Positions 8,389 through 18,098 of a stretch of 63,188 nt of DNA are shown in pieces. Location of the stretch: NCBI GenBank assembly GCA_964496425.1, contig CAZBZO010000006.1, positions 1,190 through 64,377 of the forward strand, in the 5' to 3' direction. This DNA is from an uncultured Candidatus Saccharibacteria bacterium. Its GTDB lineage: Bacteria > Patescibacteriota > Minisyncoccia > Phycocordibacterales > UBA9973. Within the stretch, counting starts at the first letter, position 1. Every line of letters begins with the position of its first letter. The notes under the pieces are model-generated. The model was not told the DNA's origin. It was given only the letters and a program-made list of their open reading frames with translations, and made no database searches. Made by a program: the position numbers and the translations under genes.

Positions 8389-10873
8389 TCAAAATATCAT
8401 TGAGCACGTCAGCAGGTACTTCTTTGCGTTTTTTAGATGGTGTCGGTGGTGATGCTTCATCGTTTGCTTTTACAGAAGCAGCTTCAGCTTCTTTAGCGCG
8501 CATCTGTTCCTGTTTTTCTTTGGCGCGAATAGCTTCCTCCGCCTCTTCTTTGGCAGCCACCTCTTTAGCTTTAGCTTCCAGTACTCTTTTTTTCTCTTCT
8601 TCGAGCTCGACTTGTTTCTGCTCTGCTTCTTTTCGTGCTTTCTCGATGTTGTTTTTTTCTTCAAGCATTTTTCGCTCTTCTTCAAGGCGGGCAAGTTTTT
8701 GTTTTGCTTCCGCGATCGCCGCGGCTTCTGCAGCCTGACGCTCGGCCAATTCTTTTTCTTCTTGTTCTTTTTTTATTTTCTGATCTTCACCCACTTCTTT
8801 CTCTGGTACCGATGCTCGTGGATGGTCATTCCCTCCCATCGCTTTAGCAATGACATCTTTGAGAGCTGATACATGTTCGGTAGAAGCATCTTTGGTAGAA
8901 AGTGAGACTGGAGTAGATGATGGTTTCTTTAGATTGGAAAGTGACACGGCTTGCGCAGTCGGTTTTACGGAAATGACCTCTTCGTCTTTGGCTCCTCTGG
9001 CAGTAGGCACTGCACTGTGGCGCGAATAATCAGATGGTGTTTTTCCACCAGAGAGTGCTTCAGCGAGCACACTCTTGAGCCCTGCTAAGTCTGGAGCTTG
9101 GCGTTCTTTTGCAACAAATTTTTGTACTACCGGAGGCGTCTTCGGCGCAAATGAAGGAGTAGAAGATGGACTTTTGGAAACTTGAGAGGCGGGGCGGGGC
9201 GCTATTTCTGGTTGTGGTCGGCGAGCGGTAGTCGCGGTAGTCTCTGTGGTAGATGCTTTTGTTGCATCAAATTCAATACCGAGGTTTGCAAGCGGTGCGA
9301 ATGATTTTGATTCAGGGCCTCGCTTGGCTACGACTTTGAGCGGCTGAAGCTCACCGGCTTTTATTTTGGCGATACAGTCGCGACAATAGACGGGCCTGCC
9401 TGGAGCCGGCTCAAATGGTACCGTTGTTTCTTTGTTGCAGATCGAACACAATGCACGAAACTTCCCTTCAGCATTGAAGCCAGTGGATGCACCCGCGCCA
9501 GGACTTGAAGAAGAATTGGGTGTCGAGGTGGCATGCGAACCGTCGCCTGAACCCACCATCATGCCACTCCAGTCAGCAATTTCTCGCTCTACAATTTCTC
9601 TTGGCCGAGTATAGAGGCTGCGAGATGATTGGATGATCTCCTCTGCGACACTTGCTCCGCCCTCTATGACAAATGGCGCCATAGTGACCGCTGAAAACGG
9701 CCGAGAAGTTATACCGTCTACCATCAATTTCAGATAAATGTGGTAGTTGGGAATATTAACAACGTCTTGCGGAGTAAACTCAGGTTCAAATTCTTTTTCC
9801 AAAAATTCAGCATCAGCGGCGCCGACTCGAAAGACGATCATCGTACCCACGTTGCCGAAAACTGCATCACGCACACTATCTGAGCCGTTGACCGAAAGTT
9901 GGCCGATGTATTGGTGAGCAATGGTCAAGTCGAGGCGATACTTACGAGCTTCGGAGAGGATCGAAGCAAATGAATCCGTTACAAAGTTTTGAAATTCGTC
10001 GACATAGAGAAAAAAGTCTTTACGATCTTTCTCCGGGATACGGACACGCTCCATGGCTGCCAGCTGAAGCTTGGTGATCAGCATGCCACCCAAAAGTGCA
10101 GAGTTGTCTTCACCCACTCGACCCTTTGAGACGTTGACGAGGAAAATTTTTCCGGAGTTCATGACCTCAAAGAGATCAATCGTGGACTTGGCTTGTCCGA
10201 CGACGTTGCGGATGATGGAGGTCGAAAGAAATTGACCGACTTTGTTTTGAATTGGAGCGATCGCTTCATTACGAAACTGATCACGCCAGGCTTCATATTC
10301 ATGGATCCAAAAAGCTTTGACGACCGGGTCTTTCAAATTGTTGATGATCTGCTGACGGAAGTCCTTGTCGACTAAGAGACGCGGAATACCGAGAAGCGTC
10401 GAGCCCGGGGTGTCGAGAAGCGCTAAAATAGCGTTGTTCAAGATGTATTCCATTCGAGCACTCCAGGCATTGGCCCAAATCTTGGTGAAAATACCCATGA
10501 GACCTGATGCTACAAGGTGCTTATATTTTGGATCGTCGAGCTGAAGTACGTTGAAGCCAACGTGATAGTCGGTATCAGCCGGGTTGAAGTAAATAACATC
10601 TTTTATGCGGTGCGGTGGAATAGCCTCAAGGATCGATTCTACAAGCTCGCCGTGCGGATCTACCACACAGACGCCTTCCCCGGTGTAAATATTTTGAATG
10701 ACCATGTTGGTGAGCATGGCTGACTTACCGGTACCGGATTTACCAAGCACATAGACGTGCTGGCGTCGGTCTTTGCGCTTGATGCCAAAGACCTGATCTT
10801 TATTGCGAAAATTGGTTTTCGCAAGATATGTAATATCGTCGTTAAAATTGACGCCTTCGGGTAGAACTAGCAT
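8381..10873 (-). CDS. VirD4/TraD (HerA-FtsK)-like ATPase with CxxC-x17-CxxC zinc ribbon and E/K/A-rich coiled-coil tail
   Basis: Walker A GKSGTGKS, Walker B LYVDEFQN, SEARKY, AHQY; CSIC-x17-CRDC at 9374-9448. Confidence 0.85.
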   Translation of the reverse strand: MLVLPEGVNFNDDITYLAKTNFRNKDQVFGIKRKDRRQHVYVLGKSGTGKSAMLTNMVIQNIYTGEGVCVVDPHGELVESILEAIPPHRIKDVIYFNPADTDYHVGFNVLQLDDPKYKHLVASGLMGIFTKIWANAWSARMEYILNNAILALLDTPGSTLLGIPRLLVDKDFRQQIINNLKDPVVKAFWIHEYEAWRDQFRNEAIAPIQNKVGQFLSTSIIRNVVGQAKSTIDLFEVMNSGKIFLVNVSKGRVGEDNSALLGGMLITKLQLAAMERVRIPEKDRKDFFLYVDEFQNFVTDSFASILSEARKYRLDLTIAHQYIGQLSVNGSDSVRDAVFGNVGTMIVFRVGAADAEFLEKEFEPEFTPQDVVNIPNYHIYLKLMVDGITSRPFSAVTMAPFVIEGGASVAEEIIQSSRSLYTRPREIVEREIADWSGMMVGSGDGSHATSTPNSSSSPGAGASTGFNAEGKFRALCSICNKETTVPFEPAPGRPVYCRDCIAKIKAGELQPLKVVAKRGPESKSFAPLANLGIEFDATKASTTETTATTARRPQPEIAPRPASQVSKSPSSTPSFAPKTPPVVQKFVAKERQAPDLAGLKSVLAEALSGGKTPSDYSRHSAVPTARGAKDEEVISVKPTAQAVSLSNLKKPSSTPVSLSTKDASTEHVSALKDVIAKAMGGNDHPRASVPEKEVGEDQKIKKEQEEKELAERQAAEAAAIAEAKQKLARLEEERKMLEEKNNIEKARKEAEQKQVELEEEKKRVLEAKAKEVAAKEEAEEAIRAKEKQEQMRAKEAEAASVKANDEASPPTPSKKRKEVPADVLNDILKM

Positions 10874-10910
10874 AAAAAATGTTAAATACCATTAGTGGTA
10901 CTTGGGACTA

Positions 10911-12614
10911 TTATAGCACTTCTTTTTGATAACAAGCTTCGCAATATACTATTTCTGAGCGATCGGGAGCAAAAGCCGTCTCAAATGTATTAAGGCATAT
11001 ATTTTCGTGACCATGATCAGGGATGTCGCACATGCACGAGCGATGCCAGAGCTTTATCGGATTCTCCATTTTGAGACGTCTACTATTTCGACAGAAAAAG
11101 CACTCACGCGGAAGTGGCGCAGATATTCTCTGATGGAATTGAAGCTCTTCAGGAACAATTTTATAATTTCGCTCACACGTAATACAATCGAGAATCTCTT
11201 TAAGAATTTCTTCCGTTGTATTGCCAATCGCATCAGGCATGTTTTCAGCAAGCATTGTTTCTTTACCAGTCGTATGTTGAATTTCATCAAACCATGTATA
11301 CCCATTTCTCAGAGCTTCTTCTTTACTGAGTGGAAAATGTTCTTGCGCCATAGTTTCGTTATACCCAAAATATGAAAACTTGGCTGGAAAAAATTCTCCC
11401 CATTCCCTTGTCGCTCTCATATGCTCAATAATTTTTGGCACAAGCGCTTCATATTCTTCTTTCGTATATTCTTTATTTAGGATTAAATATTTTCCATGTC
11501 GTATTGCCGAACATCCAAAAAGATACTTCGATGAATGACAATTTTCCACATATGTGAGTTCCTGACTTTTTAGTGAATAAATTGAAAAGAACACTCGATA
11601 ATCATGGTCAGGCGTGAGTCCTTCATAACATTGGTCTGTCATGCCCGCCGGAGTGAGGTCGTAACTATTTTTTATTTCATTTCCACGGAAAAGAAAACGC
11701 GAATCTTCACAATCCCGAAGGAAACAGCTGTCTTTCGCATTTTTACATCCCCACAAACCGTCTCCTGTTGAATCGACACAGTTACGAATATTCGCAAACC
11801 GGCGAGGCTGTGTGGCCAAAAATTTGAAAAATTCTTTTTTCGCATACTCTGCTCCTGAATACGTATCGAGGCGGTATTCTTTCATAATTTTTTGATACTC
11901 CTCCTTTGTGAATTGTTTATTAAAAATGCAATAACTTTTCTGCCGCAGATTTACGCACATACAACAATTTGAACAACCCTTACAATCATATACAAAGACA
12001 CAGTCGGTAAGACCAGTGGAATAGTATGCATTTCGACAGTTATAACAATGCTCAAGAAATACTGAGTCGTAAATGAGTTCAGAATAATTAAAGATATCTA
12101 CGGTGTCTGTACAATAGCTCGTTTCGGGACCTGCATTATTGTAAAAATACATGCAATTCTCTGCGTACCACGTCATAGCACCCATATACATGTTCTTGGT
12201 AAACGTGGCATTGGTTGTGTATTCAGCATTTATACTTCCCACCCCGTCATCGTTAAACATTGCTGGCTGTGGAATAACATTTTGAAGATCGCGAAATTGT
12301 TCGAAAAACGGACGAGAGAAATCAAAATCGCGGCCATAGGTATGCGGATCCCAGGCATCGCTCCACCAGCATTTATTGCAATACACTACAAGTTTTTTCT
12401 TTGGCGAATGCAAAGAAATTATTTTTCTATTGCAAAGATCACATGTCCGGTTGTAAAACGAAAGGTCATTTCTCCATGCAAGACGGCGTTGGAGCCGGCA
12501 GGTCGAGCAAAATGTGGGTGCTGGCACACCAATCTTCTCATAAAACGAAAAATCATCGGGTTCGATGGTGAATTTTTGTGTGCAGTTTTGACAAATTTTT
12601 GTTTCTGGTTGCAT
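10911..12614 (-). CDS. Cys-rich multi-zinc-ribbon protein, paralog 1
   Basis: CQNC...PTFCSTCRLQRR, CxxC-x17-CxxC, WWSDAWDP, central CxxCxxC repeats, YGEFFP-like motif, C-terminal YCEACY. Confidence 0.85.
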   Translation of the reverse strand: MQPETKICQNCTQKFTIEPDDFSFYEKIGVPAPTFCSTCRLQRRLAWRNDLSFYNRTCDLCNRKIISLHSPKKKLVVYCNKCWWSDAWDPHTYGRDFDFSRPFFEQFRDLQNVIPQPAMFNDDGVGSINAEYTTNATFTKNMYMGAMTWYAENCMYFYNNAGPETSYCTDTVDIFNYSELIYDSVFLEHCYNCRNAYYSTGLTDCVFVYDCKGCSNCCMCVNLRQKSYCIFNKQFTKEEYQKIMKEYRLDTYSGAEYAKKEFFKFLATQPRRFANIRNCVDSTGDGLWGCKNAKDSCFLRDCEDSRFLFRGNEIKNSYDLTPAGMTDQCYEGLTPDHDYRVFFSIYSLKSQELTYVENCHSSKYLFGCSAIRHGKYLILNKEYTKEEYEALVPKIIEHMRATREWGEFFPAKFSYFGYNETMAQEHFPLSKEEALRNGYTWFDEIQHTTGKETMLAENMPDAIGNTTEEILKEILDCITCERNYKIVPEELQFHQRISAPLPRECFFCRNSRRLKMENPIKLWHRSCMCDIPDHGHENICLNTFETAFAPDRSEIVYCEACYQKEVL

Positions 12615-12619
12615 TTTTT

Positions 12620-12643
12620 CTACTAACTATTTCCTACTTACTA
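12620..12643. repeat. heptamer-period repeat, family A (inverted copy lacking one unit)
   Basis: Reverse complement tagtaagtagg-aaatagttagtag equals 17515-17545 minus tagtagt. Confidence 0.65.
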
Positions 12644-12645
12644 CC

Positions 12646-14340
12646 CTACAGCACTTCTCGTTGATAACATGCTTCACAATATATCACCTCTGGTCGCTCA
12701 GGCGCATACGGCGTGCGGATAGCCTTTTTACAAAAATCACAGTTTCGATCAAAAAGCCGAGTGGGTAAAAGTAGCTTTAATCTTTCAGCATGCCGCTCCT
12801 GTGGACACAAGCGTGGTAGAGGCAAACCCGCTTGACGATAAAACGCGAGCTCAGAGGGAATGATTCTATAGGCCTTGTCTGACACTTTACACTTAAGAAT
12901 CTTTTGTAAAATATCGTCACCAACGTCTTGTATGTCATCAGGGATCACATAATCAGAAAACTCGTAGTGTGTATCTGATACATACTCACTCCACGTGAAT
13001 CCTTGATCGATTACCTCTTCTTTTGTTAGTGGAAAGTTTTCAGGAGCAGTCGTTTCATTGTATCCAAATGGAGAAAGTTCCGAAGGAAAGAACTCACCGT
13101 ATGTGTATACTTTTCCTTTTTTGTCTACATACGGCATGTCGTTCATATGAGCTTTTATTTTCGGTAAAAGTGTCAAGTATTCATCTTTGGAATATCGGCG
13201 GTTTAAAATGACATATTCGCCACCACGAATCGAAACACAACCGAAACAATTGCTTGAACTCGTACTGACCGCACAATATTCCAGATTTTGCACCGTTACT
13301 TTTTTAAAAGGATCATTCGAAAGACACAGAAGTAAGAACTTCGAATTATACCCTCCACCACTACTTGAACATTCATACACGAGCTCAGCCGCTCCAAAGC
13401 ACGAACAATCGTATCCTTCCTTCACCCATCCGGTAATAAACATATGTTTGCAATTTTCAACCTTGGTTGACTCCCAGACATCATGAGCATTTTTTGATTC
13501 CGACACTGCATTACCAGTAACATCAACTGATTTAAATATTGTGTTTTCGCGATGTGGAGACTGTATCCATATCGGCATTGATTGCTCTTTCCACCACGAC
13601 GCTTCGGTATGTGAAGATACAGGATGTTCCTTTAGAAATTGCTCATATGATTCTTTGCTTTTTTGTTCATTAAAAATACAATACTGCTTGTTTCGGAGTC
13701 CTGCGCAACCAATAATATCCTTGCAGTTTCGACAATCATACGAAAAGAATGTATCAAGCGAATCATGACATTCAAGAGAATAGTGCGTATTATAATCGCG
13801 CTCGCAATGAACATTGTTACTACAGCGATCAGAATTGAGTATCCAGTAGTTATCAAAACAATTTTTGCTTTGCACGCCATATGTGCAGTAAGCTGAATCT
13901 TCGTTGTATAAACCACCAATATTTAAGTAGCAATTTTTACTGTCGGTTTCCTGATTAACCCATTCACTGTTGATACAGTTGGAATTGAAAATAGAAATAT
14001 GAGGAACGGTATAAAAAAGTTCCTTCCACTGATCAAAAAATGGTCGGGAAAAGTCATAAGCCCTGCCGTATGAATACGGATCCCATTTGTCGCTCCACCA
14101 GCAATTTGAGCAATACATTGGATACGGTTTGTCCGGTGAAATCCGGGAAACTACGCTCGTGTGGCACATATCGCAATCCCTCTTATAAAAATTACGCTCA
14201 TTACGAAATGAAAGTCTACGCTGAAATCTACAATCCGGACAAAATGTCGGCGGCGGAACACTCATCTTTTCGTAAAACGAAAAATCATCTGACTCGATGG
14301 TAAAATCTTTTTTGCAGTTTTGGCAGGTTTTTATTTCCAT
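12646..14340 (-). CDS. Cys-rich multi-zinc-ribbon protein, paralog 2
   Basis: Same architecture as paralog 1; start overlaps the stop of paralog 3 (TAATG). Confidence 0.85.
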   Translation of the reverse strand: MEIKTCQNCKKDFTIESDDFSFYEKMSVPPPTFCPDCRFQRRLSFRNERNFYKRDCDMCHTSVVSRISPDKPYPMYCSNCWWSDKWDPYSYGRAYDFSRPFFDQWKELFYTVPHISIFNSNCINSEWVNQETDSKNCYLNIGGLYNEDSAYCTYGVQSKNCFDNYWILNSDRCSNNVHCERDYNTHYSLECHDSLDTFFSYDCRNCKDIIGCAGLRNKQYCIFNEQKSKESYEQFLKEHPVSSHTEASWWKEQSMPIWIQSPHRENTIFKSVDVTGNAVSESKNAHDVWESTKVENCKHMFITGWVKEGYDCSCFGAAELVYECSSSGGGYNSKFLLLCLSNDPFKKVTVQNLEYCAVSTSSSNCFGCVSIRGGEYVILNRRYSKDEYLTLLPKIKAHMNDMPYVDKKGKVYTYGEFFPSELSPFGYNETTAPENFPLTKEEVIDQGFTWSEYVSDTHYEFSDYVIPDDIQDVGDDILQKILKCKVSDKAYRIIPSELAFYRQAGLPLPRLCPQERHAERLKLLLPTRLFDRNCDFCKKAIRTPYAPERPEVIYCEACYQREVL

Positions 14341-15992
14341 TAGCTAATATTGCTTTTATAGCAATCTTCACAAGATACATTCTCATACCCCCACGATCGT
14401 GGATAGTATCCAACAATATTTTTTGAACAATAAAAACATGAATAGTTTTCTCCTTGCGTGGGTGCAAGTAGCCGCATTCGACTCTTTGTACGTACATCAA
14501 AATGCACTCGTGGCAGGGCTATATTCTTTCTCTTAAGAAATGCGAGTTCGTCTGGCGCTATATTAAAACGCCACCCTGTTACAGGGCAAATAAGTGCCTG
14601 TTTTGAAATACTTCCTGAGATATCATGTATGCTATCAGGTAAATCATTCGTCGCGATCCCCTCTATATGATCTTCTCTGGAATCGTCCCAATATCCTCCT
14701 TGAGAGAGCACAAATTCCCTTGAGACTTCAGGAAAATAAATTTGTGCAGTTGTTAAATTATACGGACACAGTCCCATATTGTATGGGAGAAATTGTCCGT
14801 ATTCATTCCTGGCTCGCATATCGGAAATTATTGTTTCGCGAAGACTTTCATATTCTTCTTTTGTGTATTGTTTATTGAGAATGCAATATTTCTTCTTTCG
14901 TAGCCCTACACATCCAAAACAATATTCAACCTCTGCGCATTGGTCGAGGTACTCCGAATACCGACCATCAGACCACGAAGAATACTTAAGCTGATATCCA
15001 GCTGTTGCACAGCTATTTCTTCCCGAGAGCTCGATTTGCCAACAGCCTAACATATCAATACAGTCTGTGGCAGTACGGCCACGTAGGCAGTCGTAACAAT
15101 TTTCCGAATCTTCAAAGCTAAAAACATTATGACAATTATTACAGTTTGCAAGATAGGTACCTTCCGAATTATACGTATTCAAAGTAAAATTTTGTCGGTG
15201 AACAAAATCTTTTTTTAAAATCTCTTCGTATCGTTCTTTTAGTTTTTCCAAACTTTTGTTTGAACTTAGATCATATTCCTTGAGTTTTTCTACATATTCC
15301 TCTTTGGAATATTGCTTGTTCTCGATACAGTATTGCTTCCCGCGCAAATTCCAACACATGGTGCAATTGGTGCAATTACGGCAGTCATACAAAAATTGGG
15401 AATCCATACAATCCCGACAGTTACGCGAAAACAAAACATTAAAAGAATTGAAGGTATATGTACATTCGTAACAATTATCAAGGTTAAACACATGCGAAAT
15501 ATCAATCGAATCTTTTGTATCAAACGCACGATATCCATAGGAAAGATTCTCGCTACGAGCGATGGAACGAGAAAGATAACAATTTTTACATTCCCATGCA
15601 TCATCACACCAGTCAGAATTTGTATTTTGTGCACCTTGCTGATGTGGGCGCGGCACCTTTTCTTGTAGCTCTTTCAATTGGTCAAAGAAAGAGCGACTGG
15701 GGTCATACGTCAAACCAAAACTCATTGGGTCCCAAGCATCAGAAAACCACTCACTTGAAGTATAGATCGGATATCGGGCACTTGCCGGAAGTATAGTAAT
15801 GAGATTTTCTCCAGATAAATCAGACGTTCCCTTCCGAAACTTCCCAAATGGCCAAAAGGCGAAATAGTGCTTCATCCGACAGGAAAAACACTGGGTCGGA
15901 AGTGGAATCGCTACCTTCTCATACATAGAAAGCTCGTCAGGAGAAATTGTGAAACGTGTTTGGCAATGCTCGCAAACTTTTTGAGTATCCAT
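14340..15992 (-). CDS. Cys-rich multi-zinc-ribbon protein, paralog 3
   Basis: Same architecture, but second zinc site altered (SDLS...TSSE); TGG-TAGTCT 6 nt upstream. Confidence 0.85.
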   Translation of the reverse strand: MDTQKVCEHCQTRFTISPDELSMYEKVAIPLPTQCFSCRMKHYFAFWPFGKFRKGTSDLSGENLITILPASARYPIYTSSEWFSDAWDPMSFGLTYDPSRSFFDQLKELQEKVPRPHQQGAQNTNSDWCDDAWECKNCYLSRSIARSENLSYGYRAFDTKDSIDISHVFNLDNCYECTYTFNSFNVLFSRNCRDCMDSQFLYDCRNCTNCTMCWNLRGKQYCIENKQYSKEEYVEKLKEYDLSSNKSLEKLKERYEEILKKDFVHRQNFTLNTYNSEGTYLANCNNCHNVFSFEDSENCYDCLRGRTATDCIDMLGCWQIELSGRNSCATAGYQLKYSSWSDGRYSEYLDQCAEVEYCFGCVGLRKKKYCILNKQYTKEEYESLRETIISDMRARNEYGQFLPYNMGLCPYNLTTAQIYFPEVSREFVLSQGGYWDDSREDHIEGIATNDLPDSIHDISGSISKQALICPVTGWRFNIAPDELAFLKRKNIALPRVHFDVRTKSRMRLLAPTQGENYSCFYCSKNIVGYYPRSWGYENVSCEDCYKSNIS

Positions 15993-16023
15993 CTTTAGAG
16001 ACTACCATTTCTCTAATTAAATA

Positions 16024-17511
16024 CTAGATAAGGGGCTCGGCGGTCGCTTCAGCTTTGGCGGGTGCCGCTTCTTCCTCTATTTCTTCCCCACTAGCGTCAT
16101 CTTTGCGGGCTTTACGAGTAATAGCTGCTTTTTCTTGTGCGCTACGAATGATAGAGGATTCTTCTTCTTCAATGAGTTTCTTGGCAGCATCAGCGGTGAT
16201 GGCATATTTGCGGCGCGAAGCAGCAAGAATTTCTGCTTTGTATGACGGATGCGTGGCTGGCAAGACTTTCAAGGTCTCGGCAGAAAACGGATCGTAGGAT
16301 TCTCCATCGATTGTCATTTTGATATAGAACTCCGCAATACCTAAGTTGATCATATCTTTGATATCGAAGATCGGCGCAAATTCTGGCTTGAGCTCAACAG
16401 CGTCCTCGCCGCCCACACGGAAGCAAATAAGTGAGGCCACATTACCACGAACTGCTCGCTGAATCTTTTGCGACAGTTGTCCCAGGTACTGGTTGGCGAC
16501 AATAAGATTGAGGCCGTATTTACGGGCCTCAGAGAGAATGTTTTCAAATGTATCAGTGACCACGTTTTGAAACTCGTCCACGTAGAGATAAAAGTCTTGG
16601 CGGTCTTTAGGATCCATTTTTGCGCGCGCCATACCCGCCTGTTTGATTTTGGTGAGAAACATGGAACCAAAGAAGCTCGAGTTTTCTTCACCAATTTTTC
16701 CCTTAGAGAGATTGATGAGAATAATTTTTTGACTATTCATCAAGGCTTCAATATCGACTTTGTTTTCTTTTTGACCAAAAATATTTCGAAGCATCGGGTC
16801 GGAGAGAAACTGCCCGAGCTTGTTGACGAGCGGAATGATAGCGTCGGTGTCAAATTTTTCTGACCAGTCGGCAAATTCAATCGCCCAGAAGCGCTTGACC
16901 ATATCGTCTTCGATATACTCCACCACTTTCTGACGGTAGTTACGATCTGTGAGCATCGAGATCATACCGCGCATCGTGGCATGCGGATAGTCGAGGAGTG
17001 CGAGAGTCGTGAAACGAAAGACGTGCTCCAAGCGTGGCGTCCAGTTGGCCCCAAATTGTTTCTCCAACACTTCGATCAAACCCTGCGTGAGTTGGTGCTT
17101 GAAAGTGAGGTCGATATTTTGCAGTGGATTGAAAGAAGCTGGATAGTCGATATCGGACGGATCAATAATACACACATCCTCGATGCGATCTTCTGGCACG
17201 AAATTTAAAATATCATCGATAAATTCTCCGTGCGGATCGATCACACAGAGGCCATGGCCATAGGCAATATCTTGGCGCACCATCAGCTCTTGGAGTTTGG
17301 ATTTGCCGACACCAGACTTGCCGACGATGTACATATGACGTCTACGGTCAACACGCTTAATGCCGAAGATAAATTTCTTTTCTTCAAGTGCCGCTACATA
17401 GTTGGTGCGGCCAATAAAAACGATGTCAGCAGGATCCCCTTGCCCATACATCGGCAGCTCCGGTGGCGGTGGCGCATATTTGATTATTTGGATTTTATTG
17501 GCGCGTGGCAT
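16024..17511 (-). CDS. VirD4/TraD (HerA-FtsK)-like ATPase, second paralog
   Basis: Walker A GKSGVGKS, LYVDEFQN, SEARKY, ANQY; collinear with the ATPase core of 8381..10873. Confidence 0.85.
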   Translation of the reverse strand: MPRANKIQIIKYAPPPPELPMYGQGDPADIVFIGRTNYVAALEEKKFIFGIKRVDRRRHMYIVGKSGVGKSKLQELMVRQDIAYGHGLCVIDPHGEFIDDILNFVPEDRIEDVCIIDPSDIDYPASFNPLQNIDLTFKHQLTQGLIEVLEKQFGANWTPRLEHVFRFTTLALLDYPHATMRGMISMLTDRNYRQKVVEYIEDDMVKRFWAIEFADWSEKFDTDAIIPLVNKLGQFLSDPMLRNIFGQKENKVDIEALMNSQKIILINLSKGKIGEENSSFFGSMFLTKIKQAGMARAKMDPKDRQDFYLYVDEFQNVVTDTFENILSEARKYGLNLIVANQYLGQLSQKIQRAVRGNVASLICFRVGGEDAVELKPEFAPIFDIKDMINLGIAEFYIKMTIDGESYDPFSAETLKVLPATHPSYKAEILAASRRKYAITADAAKKLIEEEESSIIRSAQEKAAITRKARKDDASGEEIEEEAAPAKAEATAEPLI

Positions 17512-17514
17512 GGA

Positions 17515-17545
17515 TAGTAAGTAGGTAGTAGTAAATAGTTAGTAG
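17515..17545. repeat. heptamer-period repeat, family A
   Basis: tagtaagtaggtagtagtaaatagttagtag; first 24 nt are the exact reverse complement of 18075-18098. Confidence 0.8.
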
Positions 17546-17587
17546 ATAAAAATTCAAATTCACCAAAATAAATCCCTAAACTGATTG

Positions 17588-18010
17588 TTATTTGAGAAAA
17601 CTGCCGCGAAGCGTTTTCATGGCCAAATAGGTAGCAAAGAAAAAAAGAAGCGACAATACTTGGTTGACCCAAAAGAAAGCAATATTTTTTACATCTTCTG
17701 GAGGCAAATGCAAATATGCAAAGACTGCGAAGTATTCAAATACTGCAAACCCTATCACCGGAACAATAGTGTTTAGAGCAAGCACCCAGCGCTGCTCGGG
17801 ATTCATCAAGCCGCCGGCAACAGCGAGTAAAATGATGATAAAAAGGACAGTCGGGATCGGCAATGGTATCAAGGAAGCAAAAAAGGGAAACCCGATTAGC
17901 ATAATGACGCCGGTGAGAATAAAAATCCCTCTGATCGTATCTCCATAATAATGAGCAAGACTTTTGTCGGTAATATTTTTAGTCGCTTGCTCGGTGACTT
18001 GGTCGTTCAT
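17588..18010 (-). CDS. four-TM membrane protein of unknown function
   Basis: Four hydrophobic helices; ATG 18010 lies 6 nt after TGG-TATACT. Confidence 0.75.
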   Translation of the reverse strand: MNDQVTEQATKNITDKSLAHYYGDTIRGIFILTGVIMLIGFPFFASLIPLPIPTVLFIIILLAVAGGLMNPEQRWVLALNTIVPVIGFAVFEYFAVFAYLHLPPEDVKNIAFFWVNQVLSLLFFFATYLAMKTLRGSFLK

Positions 18011-18074
18011 GGCTACAGTATACCACTTTGAGGGCACCAATAAAAAGCACAGCTGGTAATATTTTTTACTCCGT

Positions 18075-18098
18075 CTATTTACTACTACCTACTTACTA
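18075..18098. repeat. heptamer-period repeat, family A (inverted copy overlapping the gdhA stop)
   Basis: ctatttactactacctacttacta. Confidence 0.8.

Noticed and set aside
8381-17511. Conjugative element (ICE) call based on VirD4-like genes
   Set aside because: No relaxase, VirB4, integrase, att sites or oriT were seen, and composition resembles the core genes
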